The notes under the pieces are model-generated. The model saw nothing but the letters and a program-made list of their open reading frames with translations, was not told the origin of the DNA and did no database searches. Positions 40,550 to 51,266 of a stretch of 64,000 bases of DNA are shown here, piece after piece. The DNA is from an archaeon (GTDB lineage Archaea > Nanobdellota > Nanobdellia > Woesearchaeales > GW2011-AR9). Each line of letters starts with the position of its first letter. Within the stretch, counting starts at the first letter, position 1. The stretch covers positions 14,262 to 78,261 of the forward strand of contig JAUYKZ010000023.1 in assembly GCA_030704845.1 (NCBI GenBank), given 5' to 3'. The translations under genes and the position numbers were made by a program.

Positions 40550-41212
40550 TTAATCATTATTTACTGGAATCGGGATTGGTTGTGGTGTTGGTTGCGGTAG
40601 AAGTGACAACACTTTTTCTTTAATTCTTTGGTAGATTGGTTTTCTGTCTTTAATTGGTGGTTTGCCAATTGTGCTTTCTAGATAATTTCTTGCAGTATCA
40701 AAAATATAATACAAATATACGAAAGTTCCTGCAAGTTTTCCTGCAGTTTGTACTTCTTCTGGATAAGTAATTCCATCTGGAGTAATTATTGGGATCTCTT
40801 GTCCTGAGATAAGGCAGTAAGATTCATAAGCTAGCCCTGAAATTCCAATTGATAGAAACAAAACTCTTGACGCTTTGGAATCTTTTTGAGAAACCGCACA
40901 ACCATTTTCCATCAGTTTCAGTTCCAGGTTTCTTTTATCTTCAATCTTTTTAAGATAAGGTTTATATGTTGCAATTGCAATAGCTGCAATAAGTGCACCA
41001 GCACCCATCGTTGTTCCATTGTCGGTATAATATCCTAGAATCATATCATATATACCAACTCCAAGGAAAGAAATGCTAGAAGTTTTAGAACATAATGTTG
41101 CAAGATCCCATTTATCATATCCCTGTTTATATGCCTTATCAACTACTTTCTGGGTTCCATCAAGAACTATTTCATCTAGATTTCTTAGAGCTTGAACTGG
41201 ATTTAGTTTCAT
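40550..41212 (-). CDS. hypothetical membrane protein with Pro-rich tail
   Basis: Hydrophobic segments. C-terminal PQPTPQPIPIP. Confidence 0.3.
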   Translation of the reverse strand: MKLNPVQALRNLDEIVLDGTQKVVDKAYKQGYDKWDLATLCSKTSSISFLGVGIYDMILGYYTDNGTTMGAGALIAAIAIATYKPYLKKIEDKRNLELKLMENGCAVSQKDSKASRVLFLSIGISGLAYESYCLISGQEIPIITPDGITYPEEVQTAGKLAGTFVYLYYIFDTARNYLESTIGKPPIKDRKPIYQRIKEKVLSLLPQPTPQPIPIPVNND

Positions 41213-41266
41213 AACTTAAAATTAAGATAATCACTTTATAAAAGTTTCTTAGATGTTTTAGAAAAA

Positions 41267-41337
41267 GCCCTCGGCGAGAATTGAACTCGCGACCTTGTCC
41301 TTACCAAGGACACGCTCTACCACTGAGCCACGAGGGC
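41267..41337 (-). tRNA. tRNA-Thr (GGU)
   Basis: Minus strand reads gccctcgtggctcagtggtagagcgtgtccttggtaaggacaaggtcgcgagttcaattctcgccgagggc. Cloverleaf with anticodon loop ttGGTaa. No encoded CCA. Confidence 0.8.
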
Positions 41338-41390
41338 ATGCATTGGCAGAGAAAGGTTTCTTATTTAAAGATTACTGTTTTTATATCATA

Positions 41391-41462
41391 AAAATTCTGG
41401 AAAGTGTCACACCCACCATAAATAGTGTGGTTTGATTTGACACTTTCTAAACCCAGAATTTT
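41391..41462. repeat. intergenic nested palindrome (aaaattctgg/ccagaatttt outer; gaaagtgtca/tgacactttc inner)
   Basis: Read directly. Lies between the two tRNA genes. Confidence 0.5.
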
Positions 41463-41534
41463 TAGGATGCCAAAAATGTCTTCCTAAATGGTTGTATTTT
41501 AAACACAGCGACATTTTTGTGCATAAAAAAGAGT

Positions 41535-41668
41535 GTCGGGGAAGGGATTCGAACCCTCGAACCCACTAAGAGACAGGATATCTTCCAAGGAAGCCAATTA
41601 TCAATAATTGGTGCCTCATCCATGTGGACTTAAGTCCTGCGCATTTGACCGGACTTTGCTACCCCGAC
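41535..41668 (-). tRNA. tRNA-Leu (UAA) with intron of about 49 nt at position 37/38
   Basis: Minus strand reads gtcggggtagcaaag...gcaggacttaag[intron tccacatggatgaggcaccaattattgataattggcttccttggaagat]atcctg-long variable arm-gagggttcgaatcccttccccgac. The acceptor and T arm are canonical. After intron removal the anticodon stem is cagga/tcctg with loop cTTAAga. The intron carries its own ccaattat/ataattgg hairpin. Confidence 0.55.
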
Positions 41669-41712
41669 AACAAGTATATGCTCAGATTAATAACTCATTT
41701 ATAAATTCTTTC

Positions 41713-42693
41713 CTATAGCTTAAGCAAATTTGAGAAATAGTGACAATCTTGGTAAGTAAGTCTACCTAAATTATGATTAAAACTAATCAATCTTCTCATC
41801 CTGGAGATCATTGAACCATAATCATCAATCTTCTTATTTTTTTGTAATAAATCGTCTAACATTCCATTTAATTCTGCCTTTCTATCTGATAATTGTAAAG
41901 CGGTTTCTATATTGTTGCTATGGAAGGCTTTTATTGTATCTAAGTAATAGGATTGTAATTTATGAATAGTTTCTTTAGTTTCCTTTTTGGTATTTTCATC
42001 ACATTTTAACATGGTTGCAATTTGGCATATCCGTTTAATCTCTTCCGATAATCCTTCTAGATAAAATCCTGCCAAAAGATAGTTATGAAGTTCAATTGAG
42101 TTCATTTGTAAATTTTTAAGGGAACTTAAAGGGTTATCTAAATTAAAAAGGACTCCGCGGTATAATAAAAGATATAATCGATCAACATAATGATCTCTTT
42201 CAATAATATTATCGTGGATTTCAGGGGTAAAACTTTCCTGAACTTCCTTAAACATGGCTCTAAGAACAACATCCATCTTTTGTAAGGTTTCCTTTACAGA
42301 AACCTTATCCATGCTTAGAAAATCTTTTGCAATTAAAGAATCTGGAGTTTGATCCATTACTTCGAGGGCTATTAGATTATTAAATACGGTTTGTAGATTT
42401 TTAATATTAGTTCTTACTTCTTCTCCTTTCAAAGTGATTTTTCTACAATTAAGAACATAAGCAGAATTAACTTCCCGTTGAACTCTCTTTAATGGTTTCT
42501 TATCAACCATGATAACTGTTTCTTTTTCAACTTTATCTGCTTGGTTACCTTTTCTACTTAAAATGAGGTTAGGGCCACTTTCTTCTATGTGGACTAAATC
42601 ACCCTTTTCTAACTTATTTTGTTTAATCCACGGTTTAGGTAGAGAAACAACATAACTATTTTTCCCGAAAGCAATTAGTTTTCTATATTCCAT
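41713..42693 (-). CDS. PhoU-domain regulator with N-terminal AbrB/SpoVT-type DNA-binding domain
   Basis: N-terminal YVVSLPKPWIKQNKLEKGDLV swapped-hairpin motif, followed by two PhoU-like helical repeats. Confidence 0.5.
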   Translation of the reverse strand: MEYRKLIAFGKNSYVVSLPKPWIKQNKLEKGDLVHIEESGPNLILSRKGNQADKVEKETVIMVDKKPLKRVQREVNSAYVLNCRKITLKGEEVRTNIKNLQTVFNNLIALEVMDQTPDSLIAKDFLSMDKVSVKETLQKMDVVLRAMFKEVQESFTPEIHDNIIERDHYVDRLYLLLYRGVLFNLDNPLSSLKNLQMNSIELHNYLLAGFYLEGLSEEIKRICQIATMLKCDENTKKETKETIHKLQSYYLDTIKAFHSNNIETALQLSDRKAELNGMLDDLLQKNKKIDDYGSMISRMRRLISFNHNLGRLTYQDCHYFSNLLKL

Positions 42694-42818
42694 CTGAATT
42701 CATTTTCCACAACATATGCACGGTTGCAGATACATATGTTTAATAGAGTGGGTGATATATAAATCTTATGTTGATAATGTGAAAAGTATTAAATACCATT
42801 AAAAATACATTCCGAGAT

Positions 42819-43637
42819 ATGGGTATACAAAAGGGGTTTCAACATGCCTGGAAAGCTGTACGTAAACATAAAATTCTATTCATATCTCTCTTTATTCTTC
42901 AAATCATTTATTTCATCGTAGCAGCAAGTGTTCTTTTACATTATCAGGTAAAAATTCTAGAAAATGTTGAAGGAGTTACAACGCCGTTAGGTCAAGCAAA
43001 TTACGATGAAAATGCCTTACAAGAAGGAAATCCTTTCCTTGCAGATAGTGGACAGGTTTATTCACAATATCTTTCACTTAAAACAAATATTACTTGGCTT
43101 GGTTGGTCTGAATTTTTATTATTTATCATCTTTAATGGATTATTATGGATTGGCAGCCATCACCTACTAAAGAAACAAACAATTAAAGATTCAATTAATC
43201 AGTGTGGAAGGTTTGCTTTAAGTTCCGGATTATTTGTTGTTTTCTTTGCCTTGATTTCAACTTTCTTAATTAAAACATTTTATTGGGTTGAGGTTTCTCA
43301 AGGGTCTTTCAGTCAAAGTGGAGATGCTTTAGGAATTCTGTTTTTTGTATTATATTTCTTTTTATCTTGTTCCTTTGCAGTTCTTCCTGGAAGTTGGAAA
43401 GGTTTCTCAAAAAGATTTTTTAATGCTTCATTTGGAAATTTTTTTAGAAATGTAGGTGTATTTGTTTTGTTTACAGCAATTTACATTTCTCTTCTGATTG
43501 CAATATTCTACCTTACGGAAGATTCAGCCATGTTTAGTTATGCCTTGCTGATTGTCCTATTAATTATGCTCCTAATGACTTTCTTACGTTTAGTATGGAT
43601 ATCTATTGTTCAACACTATGAAAAAGATCATAATTGA
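42819..43637 (+). CDS. polytopic membrane protein, unknown function
   Basis: Multiple TM helices. Confidence 0.35.
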   Translation: MGIQKGFQHAWKAVRKHKILFISLFILQIIYFIVAASVLLHYQVKILENVEGVTTPLGQANYDENALQEGNPFLADSGQVYSQYLSLKTNITWLGWSEFLLFIIFNGLLWIGSHHLLKKQTIKDSINQCGRFALSSGLFVVFFALISTFLIKTFYWVEVSQGSFSQSGDALGILFFVLYFFLSCSFAVLPGSWKGFSKRFFNASFGNFFRNVGVFVLFTAIYISLLIAIFYLTEDSAMFSYALLIVLLIMLLMTFLRLVWISIVQHYEKDHN

Positions 43638-43989
43638 TACTAATGCTTTGATGGCAATAAGCGAACTTTCGTTAGACATATTTACGGCTATCAATGATTT
43701 TTGTGACTTTACATATTCTCTTCATATTTTGGAAGGAACAATAAAAGAACTTGAAAAGATAAAAGAAGAACAACGTGGGAAATTTAAAATGGCGGCTTCA
43801 TTAGCTTTACAATTACTGAAGGCTAAGAATGTTAAAGTTATTCCAAGCATGGGGCACGTTGATGACATTCTCGTAGAATATTCTAAGAAAAGTTATTTAG
43901 TTCTAACTCAGGATGTTGGATTGAAGAAGAGGTTACATAAGCCTTACTTAACGATTAGACAAAAAAAGAAAGTTGTGATGGTAGATTAA
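43606..43989 (+). CDS. PIN-domain protein (Fcf1/NOB1-like small nuclease)
   Basis: KIIIDTNALM N-terminal acidic motif and a downstream VLTQD. Confidence 0.45.
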   Translation: MFNTMKKIIIDTNALMAISELSLDIFTAINDFCDFTYSLHILEGTIKELEKIKEEQRGKFKMAASLALQLLKAKNVKVIPSMGHVDDILVEYSKKSYLVLTQDVGLKKRLHKPYLTIRQKKKVVMVD

Positions 43990-43991
43990 TC

Positions 43992-44552
43992 TTAATCTTT
44001 AGAATTATAATACTTATATATCGGTTGTTGTTCTTTCACATTAACTTCTTTATTGGCATCTCTAGCTAGCACATACAACAAATCACTTAACCGATTGATA
44101 TATTTTAACAATTCTGGATTAAATGAAATCACGGAAGAAACTTTAACTAAAGATCTCTCTGCTCTACGTGTGATAACTCTGCATAGATGTAAGAAAGCAC
44201 TTTGTTTTGTTCCGCCAGGAATAACAAATTTTGTTGGCATCCCAAGTTTTTCATGTAACACATCAATTGTTTGTTCTAATTCTTCAACATGTTCCTTTGA
44301 TATTCTTGGAACAGTTTCATCTTCCAATAAACTTCCGCCAAGATCGGCACCAACTTGGAACAAATCATTCTGAATTTTTGTTAATGTTTCCCTTAATTTT
44401 TCTTCTTCAATGTAGCATAAAGTTAAACCAATGACAGAATTTAATTCATCTAAGGCCCCGAATGCTTCAATTCTTGGATCATCTTTAGGGATTAGTCCGC
44501 AACCAAAAAACATCGTAAGTCCACCATCCCCAGTTTTGGTATATATGCTCAT
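43992..44552 (-). CDS. ATP:cob(I)alamin adenosyltransferase, PduO type
   Basis: MSIYTKTGDGGLTMFFG...KDDPRIEAFGALDELNSVIGL matches the PduO/MMAB N-terminal consensus. Confidence 0.7.
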   Translation of the reverse strand: MSIYTKTGDGGLTMFFGCGLIPKDDPRIEAFGALDELNSVIGLTLCYIEEEKLRETLTKIQNDLFQVGADLGGSLLEDETVPRISKEHVEELEQTIDVLHEKLGMPTKFVIPGGTKQSAFLHLCRVITRRAERSLVKVSSVISFNPELLKYINRLSDLLYVLARDANKEVNVKEQQPIYKYYNSKD

Positions 44553-44553
44553 C

Positions 44554-46617
44554 CTACATCCCGTCGCCGATTGTAATCACTTGGTCTTCATAACTTCCAT
44601 CCCGGTAAATGGTTAACCCTTTACATTTCATCTTCCAGGCTAGCATGTAAGCATCTTCGACATCTTTAATTGCAGCCGTTCTAGGAAAATTAACCGTCTT
44701 TGAAATTGAATTGTCAACATGTTTCTGTAATGTTGCTTGCATTTTGATGTGCCATTCAGGTTTTATATCTTGAGCTGTGACAAAAACATCTCTTACATCT
44801 TTAGGAACTTCTTTGATATGTTGTACTCCACCCATTAAAGACAATTTTCTCATTAGTTCTGGGGAATAAAATCCTCTATCTTTTGCAACTTTTTCAAAGA
44901 CTGAATTGACTGTAATTAATTCATTACTGCTTAGCACAGTTCTTTGAAATGCTAAAGCAAATGCAGGTTCACAACCAGAAGTTGTATTTGCAAGAATACT
45001 TCTGGTACCTGTTGGCGATAAAGATATGCAACTCATATTTCTCATTTTTCTTCCTGCTTTTTCGTGATCTGAACCTTCCCAAGCTGGGCAAACACCTCTT
45101 TCTTCAGCAAGTTGAGAAGATTTCTCATAAACAGCATCTTTAAAGAACGACATCAATTTTTCAGCGATTGCTAATCCTTCTTCTGAATCATATTTAATAC
45201 CTAGCATGAATAACATGTCGGCAAATCCCATGATTCCAAGTCCAAACTTACGCGTTTTTTTGGTTTGTTCTTCAATTTTAGCTTTCGGATAACTATTCAT
45301 GTCAATCACATTGTCAAGAAAATGAACTGATATCTGGATAACTTCTCTTAATTTTTCCCAATCTAAATCTTTCCCAATAACAAATTTTGCAACGTCAATA
45401 CTACCCAAAGCACATCCTTCATTAGGTAATAATGGTGCTTCGCCACATTGATTTGTTGTTTCAATTTCTCCGAGATGTCTAGCAGGATGTTTTCGGTTAA
45501 TTTCATCGATAAAAATTAATCCTGGATCACCAGTTTTCCAAGCATTTTGAGTAATAACCGCGAAAACGTCTTTCGCTCTTAACTTCCCAACATATTTACT
45601 AGTGCGTGGATTTTTTAAGAAATATTCTCGATCTTCTTCAACTGATTTCATAAATCGGTCAGTTACAGCAACTGAAATGTTAAAATTCTTTAATGACCTT
45701 TTATCTCTTTTTGAATCAATGAATCTTAATATGTCTGGATGGTCAACTCTTAGCACAGCCATGTTTGCTCCAGGTCTTACTCCTCCTTGTTTGATAACGT
45801 CAAGAGCCGCATCATAAACTTTCAAAAATGCTAACGGACCGGAGGCAACCCCTAGATGGTGTTGTACCGGATCACCTTTAGATCTTAATCTAGAAAAAGC
45901 AAATCCAGTTCCGCTTCCTCGTTGATGAATGATTGCCGCATCACGAAGAGTTCCAAAAATTGAACGCATGTTATCTTCAATTGGAAGAACGAAACATGCA
46001 CTTAACTGCTGACTGTTTGTTCCAGCATTCATTAATGTTGGCGAGTTAGGTAAAAAATAAAGTTTGGAAAGAATCATATAAAATTGTTGTGATATTTCTG
46101 CAATCTGTTCTGAATTTTTCCGGTAATACTTATCCGCTTTTGCAATATTATTAGCAACTCTTTGGAGCATGCCTTCTGGATTTTCTTTAAGATTTCCAAG
46201 TTGATCTTTCATTAAATATCTTCTATCTAATATTTTTAATGCTTCATTGGTAAATGAATGATCTTCTTCACCGACATGTTGTTCGCCTAGAATTAATGCT
46301 CTTCTTGCTCTGGTTTCACTTCTGGTATGCCGATGTAGAATGTATGCTTTTGCAGTCTTAGCATGTCCCCTATCAATTAATGTTTTTTCAACTAGGTCTT
46401 GTACGTTCTCAACAGTCGGTTTAGAAAGTTGAAATTTTTCACCAATAATCCTTTCGATATCCCTCGCTAAAGCAAGGGCCAATACTTTATCATCACCACC
46501 TACTGCTTGAGCTGCTTTGAAGATTGCATCAGCAATTTTGTTTACGTTAAACGAGACAATTCTTCCATCACGTTTAGTTATTTCTTTTATTTGGAAACTT
46601 TTGTTATCTTCTGTCAT
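44554..46617 (-). CDS. ribonucleotide reductase catalytic subunit (class II-like) with N-terminal ATP-cone
   Basis: ATP-cone (IKEITKRDGRIVSFNVNKIADAI). It has LPNSPTLMNAGT, SACFVLPIEDN radical-Cys and NQCGEAPL motifs. No beta subunit gene is nearby, and an adenosyltransferase sits adjacent. Confidence 0.75.
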   Translation of the reverse strand: MTEDNKSFQIKEITKRDGRIVSFNVNKIADAIFKAAQAVGGDDKVLALALARDIERIIGEKFQLSKPTVENVQDLVEKTLIDRGHAKTAKAYILHRHTRSETRARRALILGEQHVGEEDHSFTNEALKILDRRYLMKDQLGNLKENPEGMLQRVANNIAKADKYYRKNSEQIAEISQQFYMILSKLYFLPNSPTLMNAGTNSQQLSACFVLPIEDNMRSIFGTLRDAAIIHQRGSGTGFAFSRLRSKGDPVQHHLGVASGPLAFLKVYDAALDVIKQGGVRPGANMAVLRVDHPDILRFIDSKRDKRSLKNFNISVAVTDRFMKSVEEDREYFLKNPRTSKYVGKLRAKDVFAVITQNAWKTGDPGLIFIDEINRKHPARHLGEIETTNQCGEAPLLPNEGCALGSIDVAKFVIGKDLDWEKLREVIQISVHFLDNVIDMNSYPKAKIEEQTKKTRKFGLGIMGFADMLFMLGIKYDSEEGLAIAEKLMSFFKDAVYEKSSQLAEERGVCPAWEGSDHEKAGRKMRNMSCISLSPTGTRSILANTTSGCEPAFALAFQRTVLSSNELITVNSVFEKVAKDRGFYSPELMRKLSLMGGVQHIKEVPKDVRDVFVTAQDIKPEWHIKMQATLQKHVDNSISKTVNFPRTAAIKDVEDAYMLAWKMKCKGLTIYRDGSYEDQVITIGDGM

Positions 46618-46622
46618 CAGAT

Positions 46623-49600
46623 TTAACTACACCCAGTTGTTTCTCCGCAAACTTCACATAACATGCATGTGCCATTTTGTCTTAATTGAGTTGCTCCGCA
46701 ACCACTACATTTCATGGTTGTATTTTTTGTTGAAACTATTCTGCTTGAGATTTCTTTTTTTACAGGTTCATTCGTTGATTTGATCTTAATACCCATGTCT
46801 TCAAAGTCACAAAGGAACTCTTGAAGTTCTGAGATTACAGGATGTCCCGGTACATTTAAACTTTCCCTTGCAATCTTAACTGGATCGGCTCCTTCTCTTA
46901 GACTGAAATTAACTCCATTAACAATGGTTTGCATCATTACTTGTTGTATTGGTGAGACCCAATCCATTGAGATTTCAATTCCCCCAATTATATTATTTTT
47001 AACTTCAGCAGTAAATATACATTTTTTACCAGCAAGTTTTACAACTTTTTTGTAATATGTTATTGGCGAAACTTCCAAAGGAGTTACAGTTTCTTCCGTT
47101 GATTTAGAGGTAAGTATATTCTTAAGCTGAGAGTTTTCTCCTAAAATCGAATTTAATGGTTGGCTTAATTTGCTTCCATCTCGGTAAAGAGCAACAGCTT
47201 TAATCATCAATTTCCAGGAATCATAGTATGCTTTTTTTATCTGTTCAACGGTCCATTCTTGAGGCATGTTAATTGTCTTAGAGATTGCACCAGAAACAAA
47301 TGGTTGAGTTGCCGCAAGCATATTTAGATGTCCATAAGGGTGGATATATCTTTTTCCGCCTTTACCACATTTATTAGCACAATCAAAGACTGGTAGATGT
47401 TCTTCTTTAAGATGCGGAGCACCTTCTAACATCATTGTTCCACAGATGTGTTTATTTGCTGCATCAATTTCTGTTTCTGTAAATCCAAGGGCAGTAAGGA
47501 AATTTCCTTGTTTTCCATTCATGATTCTATTATAGAAATCTTCTCCTAATGTCCATTGATTAAAGACATAACTAATATCCATGGAGTTTCCTAATTCTTT
47601 CTCTACTTTCATGATTTGCTGTTCACTAAATCCCTTAGCAGTTAAAGAATCAAGGTTAATGTAAGGGCTTCCATCAAGACTACCATTGCCAAGACAATAT
47701 TGAATAATATCTCTTGTTTGTCCTTCAGTATATCCTAATTTACGTAACGATTTTGGAACTGATTGATTAACAATCTTGAAATATCCACCACCAGCTAGTT
47801 TCTTGAATTTAACTAATGCATAATCCGGTTCAACACCGGTAGTATCACAATCCATAACTAAACCAATTGTTCCAGTTGGGGCGAGAACGGTTGTTTGTGC
47901 ATTTCTATATCCGTGATTTTCTCCTAACCGTAGAGCCTTATCCCAAGCGTTATGAGCGGCTTCTAGCAGTTCTTTAGGACAGAGAATTTGATCAAGCGCT
48001 AGTGGTTTGATTGTTAGATCTTCATAATCTTCTTCGGAGGCATTATAAGAAGCTCTTCGATGATTTCTGATTACCTTTAACATGTGTTCTTTGTTATCTT
48101 CATATCTCTCAAATGGTGCAAGGGCCGATGCTAACTCTGCTGAAGTAGCATAAGCATCACCAGTCATGATTGCTGTTAAGGCACCAGAAATTGTTCTTCC
48201 TTTATCACTATCATATGGAATTCCTTGTAACATTAACAATGAACCAACGTTAGCAAATCCTAACCCTAAAGTTCTGTATTCAAAACTTCTCATTGCAATT
48301 TGTTCAGATGGGAAATGGGCCATTAATACAGATAACTCTAATGCGATAGTCCATAATCTGATTGCATGTCGATATCCTTTAATATCAAAAATTCCAGTTT
48401 TATCTTCATAGAACTTTACTAAATTAATTGATGCAAGATTACAAGCAGTATCATCTAAAAAATTATATTCTGCGCAAGGATTACTTCCGTTAATTCTTCC
48501 TCCTTCAGGGCAAGTATGCCATTCATTGATGGTTGAATCATATTGTATTCCTGGATCGGCACTAGCCCATGCACAATAACCAATTTGATCCCACAATTCA
48601 TGTGCGGGGATAGTTTTCATTACACTCCCGTCAGTTCTTGCTTTTAATTCCCATGCTTCTCCATTTTCTAATGCTTCAAAGAATGAATTTGGAATTCTTA
48701 CAGAATTATTACTGTTCTGTCCAGATACTGTAACGTAAGCTTCAGATTCATAATGGGTATCGAATTCTTGAAGTGGTAAAGAATATCCTTGTTTTGCTAA
48801 TTCTAAAGCTCTAATAACATAATTTACCGGAATTTCGTCGTGTGAAGCAGCTTTGATTGCATTCTGTACTCCTAAATCATTTAATGGGTTTTCTTTACCT
48901 TGAGAAAGTTCGATAAGTTTGCCTAATCGTTTTTTTAGAATTTTACTTCCTGCAACCAAATCTGCAACTTTTTCTTCTTCTTTAACTTTCCACCAGATTA
49001 AACTTTCAATTTCGGGATGATCTAAATCTAATGAAATCATTTTGGCAGCTCTTCTAGTAGTTCCGCCAGACTTTATACTTCCGGCAGCGACATCAAATAT
49101 TTTAAGGAAACTCATTAACCCGCTACTTGTTCCTCCACCCGAAAGACGTTCACCTTTTCCACGTAATGCTGAGAAGTTACTTCCGGTCCCGCTACCATAT
49201 TTGAATATTCTTGCTTCTCTGATAAGTAAACTTAGAATTCCGCCATCACGAACTAAATCGTCATTTAATGCTTGAATAAAACAATTGTGTACAACAACCC
49301 CATTCCCCAAAAATTTTCCACTTTCTGTTTGAATGTCATATACATTCTTAATACCAATGCTTTCTATTGACATGATTTGTTCTTCTCTGATAAGTGGAAG
49401 ACATTTTGAACGTTGGACTAGTTTGTTGAGTAGTAGCAATTTATCATGTTTCTCCTCACTAATGAAACCAATTTGTTCGGAATATTGTTCACGAGCACTT
49501 CCATAAGCAATAATCACTTGATTTGTTCCTGCACGATTTTCTCGGCTATCAATATTCTTAGATATTCTTGCATAAATCCCAACAGAATTAAGCAATTGTA

Positions 49601-50987
49601 GCACGCCAAATGATAAATCATCTGAACTGGTCGTTAAGCAGATATCTCCCGAGTGTCTACTTTCATCTACTCTTATTCTAACACACCCATCGGCTTGGAA
49701 AAGGGTTTTAAGGAACTCTCGTTTTTCTTGAGGCGAGGAGTATACTATTTTCTTTGGAACTCGAGCTGTTCTACTTCTACTTTCTAGCAGTTCATATTCC
49801 TCAACAAAAGGATGTATCTTTTTCCCAGCTAGATGAACTCTTTTTCCATTTATATTATCACTTTTGGTATCAAATGTTGTAATCCAATAACTCACATCAT
49901 TACCAAAAACTTCCTTAATATCTTCTATTACTGATTCATGTTCGGAATCATTAATGGTTATTATCTCCATTCTCATTACGTTAGAATAAATTCCAACTGA
50001 GCCATCTCCGACAACCCATCCAGCTAATCTTGCTTTAGCTAAATCTCTACTGAAAACATTTTTTTCTTTAACATCAAGCATTAATGGTTGCTGAAGCCTA
50101 TGTCTTACTTTAACATCCTTAAGTTCCTTCCAAGTGTATTCACCATGCCATTTCTCTGCTGAGAGTACTACATGATCATTAGTTAAATCAATATAATTGC
50201 CATTTTTAAGAAGGACTCTAAATACTTCTTTTCTACCATTATCCTTAGTCGCTAGAATTTTTACAAAATCTTCTCCATCAAATACTTTAATTCCAGCTAA
50301 ATTATTTTCAACAATATCTCCAATATACATTGTGCCTTTTTCAGTATACAATTGTGTGTAATATTCTGCACACGCATGCGGTTGTGATCTAGAATATGCA
50401 TCTTTTGAGAATTCTAATCTCTTTGTGATTGGATCAACATAACTATGTCCTTGAGCAGGTCCAGTAATTCCATATGCCCAATGAAGACCAGTTGTAAACC
50501 ATTGCGGGCTGTTAGGAGCAGCAGATTGATTAATTATCATGTAAATCATTTCATCATAGAATGTTTGTGCATCATCTTCTGTTGCAAAATAATTAAATTT
50601 CTTCCCCCAATTCATCCAACATCCAGCAATTCTGTGAGCAACTTGTTTAATGCTGGTTTCACTGCCAGAAATAACTTTTCCATTTTCATCAAGAAGTAAT
50701 TCTCCATTCTCGTCACGTAAAGGCACTCCCGCTTTCCGGAAATATTTCTGAGCGAGAATATCGGTAGCTACTTGTGACCAGAAATCAGGGACTTCTACGT
50801 CATTCATTTCAAAAACAGTACTTCCATCTGGATTTTTAATAATAGAGGTTCTTCGTTCATAATTGAACATTTCTGCTGGTGGTGTATCTTCTTTAGTATA
50901 ATATCTTGGAATCTTTAATCCTTCTTGTTCAAGCATAATTTCCTCTTCTTCTTCACCCAGATTTGTTTTATTTTTCATTATAGCCAC
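46623..50987 (-). CDS. ribonucleotide reductase (class II-like, about 1085 aa extein) containing one LAGLIDADG intein; C-terminal zinc ribbon
   Basis: Extein motifs are CFIQALNDD radical-Cys, NPCAEYNFL...CNLASINL, and a terminal CSGCG...[13 protein letters not shown]. The intein spans residues 206-568 (about 363 aa). It begins CAEYY, ends VVHN followed by C, and has [11 protein letters not shown] and LFQADGCV endonuclease blocks. Confidence 0.8.
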   Translation of the reverse strand: MAIMKNKTNLGEEEEEIMLEQEGLKIPRYYTKEDTPPAEMFNYERRTSIIKNPDGSTVFEMNDVEVPDFWSQVATDILAQKYFRKAGVPLRDENGELLLDENGKVISGSETSIKQVAHRIAGCWMNWGKKFNYFATEDDAQTFYDEMIYMIINQSAAPNSPQWFTTGLHWAYGITGPAQGHSYVDPITKRLEFSKDAYSRSQPHACAEYYTQLYTEKGTMYIGDIVENNLAGIKVFDGEDFVKILATKDNGRKEVFRVLLKNGNYIDLTNDHVVLSAEKWHGEYTWKELKDVKVRHRLQQPLMLDVKEKNVFSRDLAKARLAGWVVGDGSVGIYSNVMRMEIITINDSEHESVIEDIKEVFGNDVSYWITTFDTKSDNINGKRVHLAGKKIHPFVEEYELLESRSRTARVPKKIVYSSPQEKREFLKTLFQADGCVRIRVDESRHSGDICLTTSSDDLSFGVLQLLNSVGIYARISKNIDSRENRAGTNQVIIAYGSAREQYSEQIGFISEEKHDKLLLLNKLVQRSKCLPLIREEQIMSIESIGIKNVYDIQTESGKFLGNGVVVHNCFIQALNDDLVRDGGILSLLIREARIFKYGSGTGSNFSALRGKGERLSGGGTSSGLMSFLKIFDVAAGSIKSGGTTRRAAKMISLDLDHPEIESLIWWKVKEEEKVADLVAGSKILKKRLGKLIELSQGKENPLNDLGVQNAIKAASHDEIPVNYVIRALELAKQGYSLPLQEFDTHYESEAYVTVSGQNSNNSVRIPNSFFEALENGEAWELKARTDGSVMKTIPAHELWDQIGYCAWASADPGIQYDSTINEWHTCPEGGRINGSNPCAEYNFLDDTACNLASINLVKFYEDKTGIFDIKGYRHAIRLWTIALELSVLMAHFPSEQIAMRSFEYRTLGLGFANVGSLLMLQGIPYDSDKGRTISGALTAIMTGDAYATSAELASALAPFERYEDNKEHMLKVIRNHRRASYNASEEDYEDLTIKPLALDQILCPKELLEAAHNAWDKALRLGENHGYRNAQTTVLAPTGTIGLVMDCDTTGVEPDYALVKFKKLAGGGYFKIVNQSVPKSLRKLGYTEGQTRDIIQYCLGNGSLDGSPYINLDSLTAKGFSEQQIMKVEKELGNSMDISYVFNQWTLGEDFYNRIMNGKQGNFLTALGFTETEIDAANKHICGTMMLEGAPHLKEEHLPVFDCANKCGKGGKRYIHPYGHLNMLAATQPFVSGAISKTINMPQEWTVEQIKKAYYDSWKLMIKAVALYRDGSKLSQPLNSILGENSQLKNILTSKSTEETVTPLEVSPITYYKKVVKLAGKKCIFTAEVKNNIIGGIEISMDWVSPIQQVMMQTIVNGVNFSLREGADPVKIARESLNVPGHPVISELQEFLCDFEDMGIKIKSTNEPVKKEISSRIVSTKNTTMKCSGCGATQLRQNGTCMLCEVCGETTGCS
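49284..50372 (-). other. intein with LAGLIDADG homing endonuclease inside the RNR gene
   Basis: The Cys1 ... His-Asn/Cys+1 splice junctions sit exactly at the RNR active-site cysteine codon (host context SQPHA|CFIQ). Coordinates were derived by residue counting. Confidence 0.7.
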
Positions 50988-51266
50988 CTCTTATGATTAG
51001 TTTGATTTTTTCTTGGAGTTGTTTAAGTCTATCAATTTGTTTATGTATACTTGCTTGTCATAAAATTGATATTCATTAGTTCATCATGTGAACAGAATGG
51101 ATAGTACATTAAAATCCCCCTTTTAACGTTAATATGACGAAAAATCCTGTTTAAATAGTTTTTAGTAATCTAATATGTGGTTTAAAGAAGTAGTTTCTGA
51201 TATCTTAGAGATGATAAGAAGTTATTAGAATTAGAGACATCTTTTTAGATGTTAAGATTTAATCAG

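Noticed and set aside
41535-41668. Alternative fold of the intron-containing tRNA giving anticodon UUA (ochre suppressor)
   Set aside because: It requires a non-canonical base at position 33 and a wobble-closed stem. The CTTAAGA loop with U33, G37 and a long variable arm fits tRNA-Leu(UAA).
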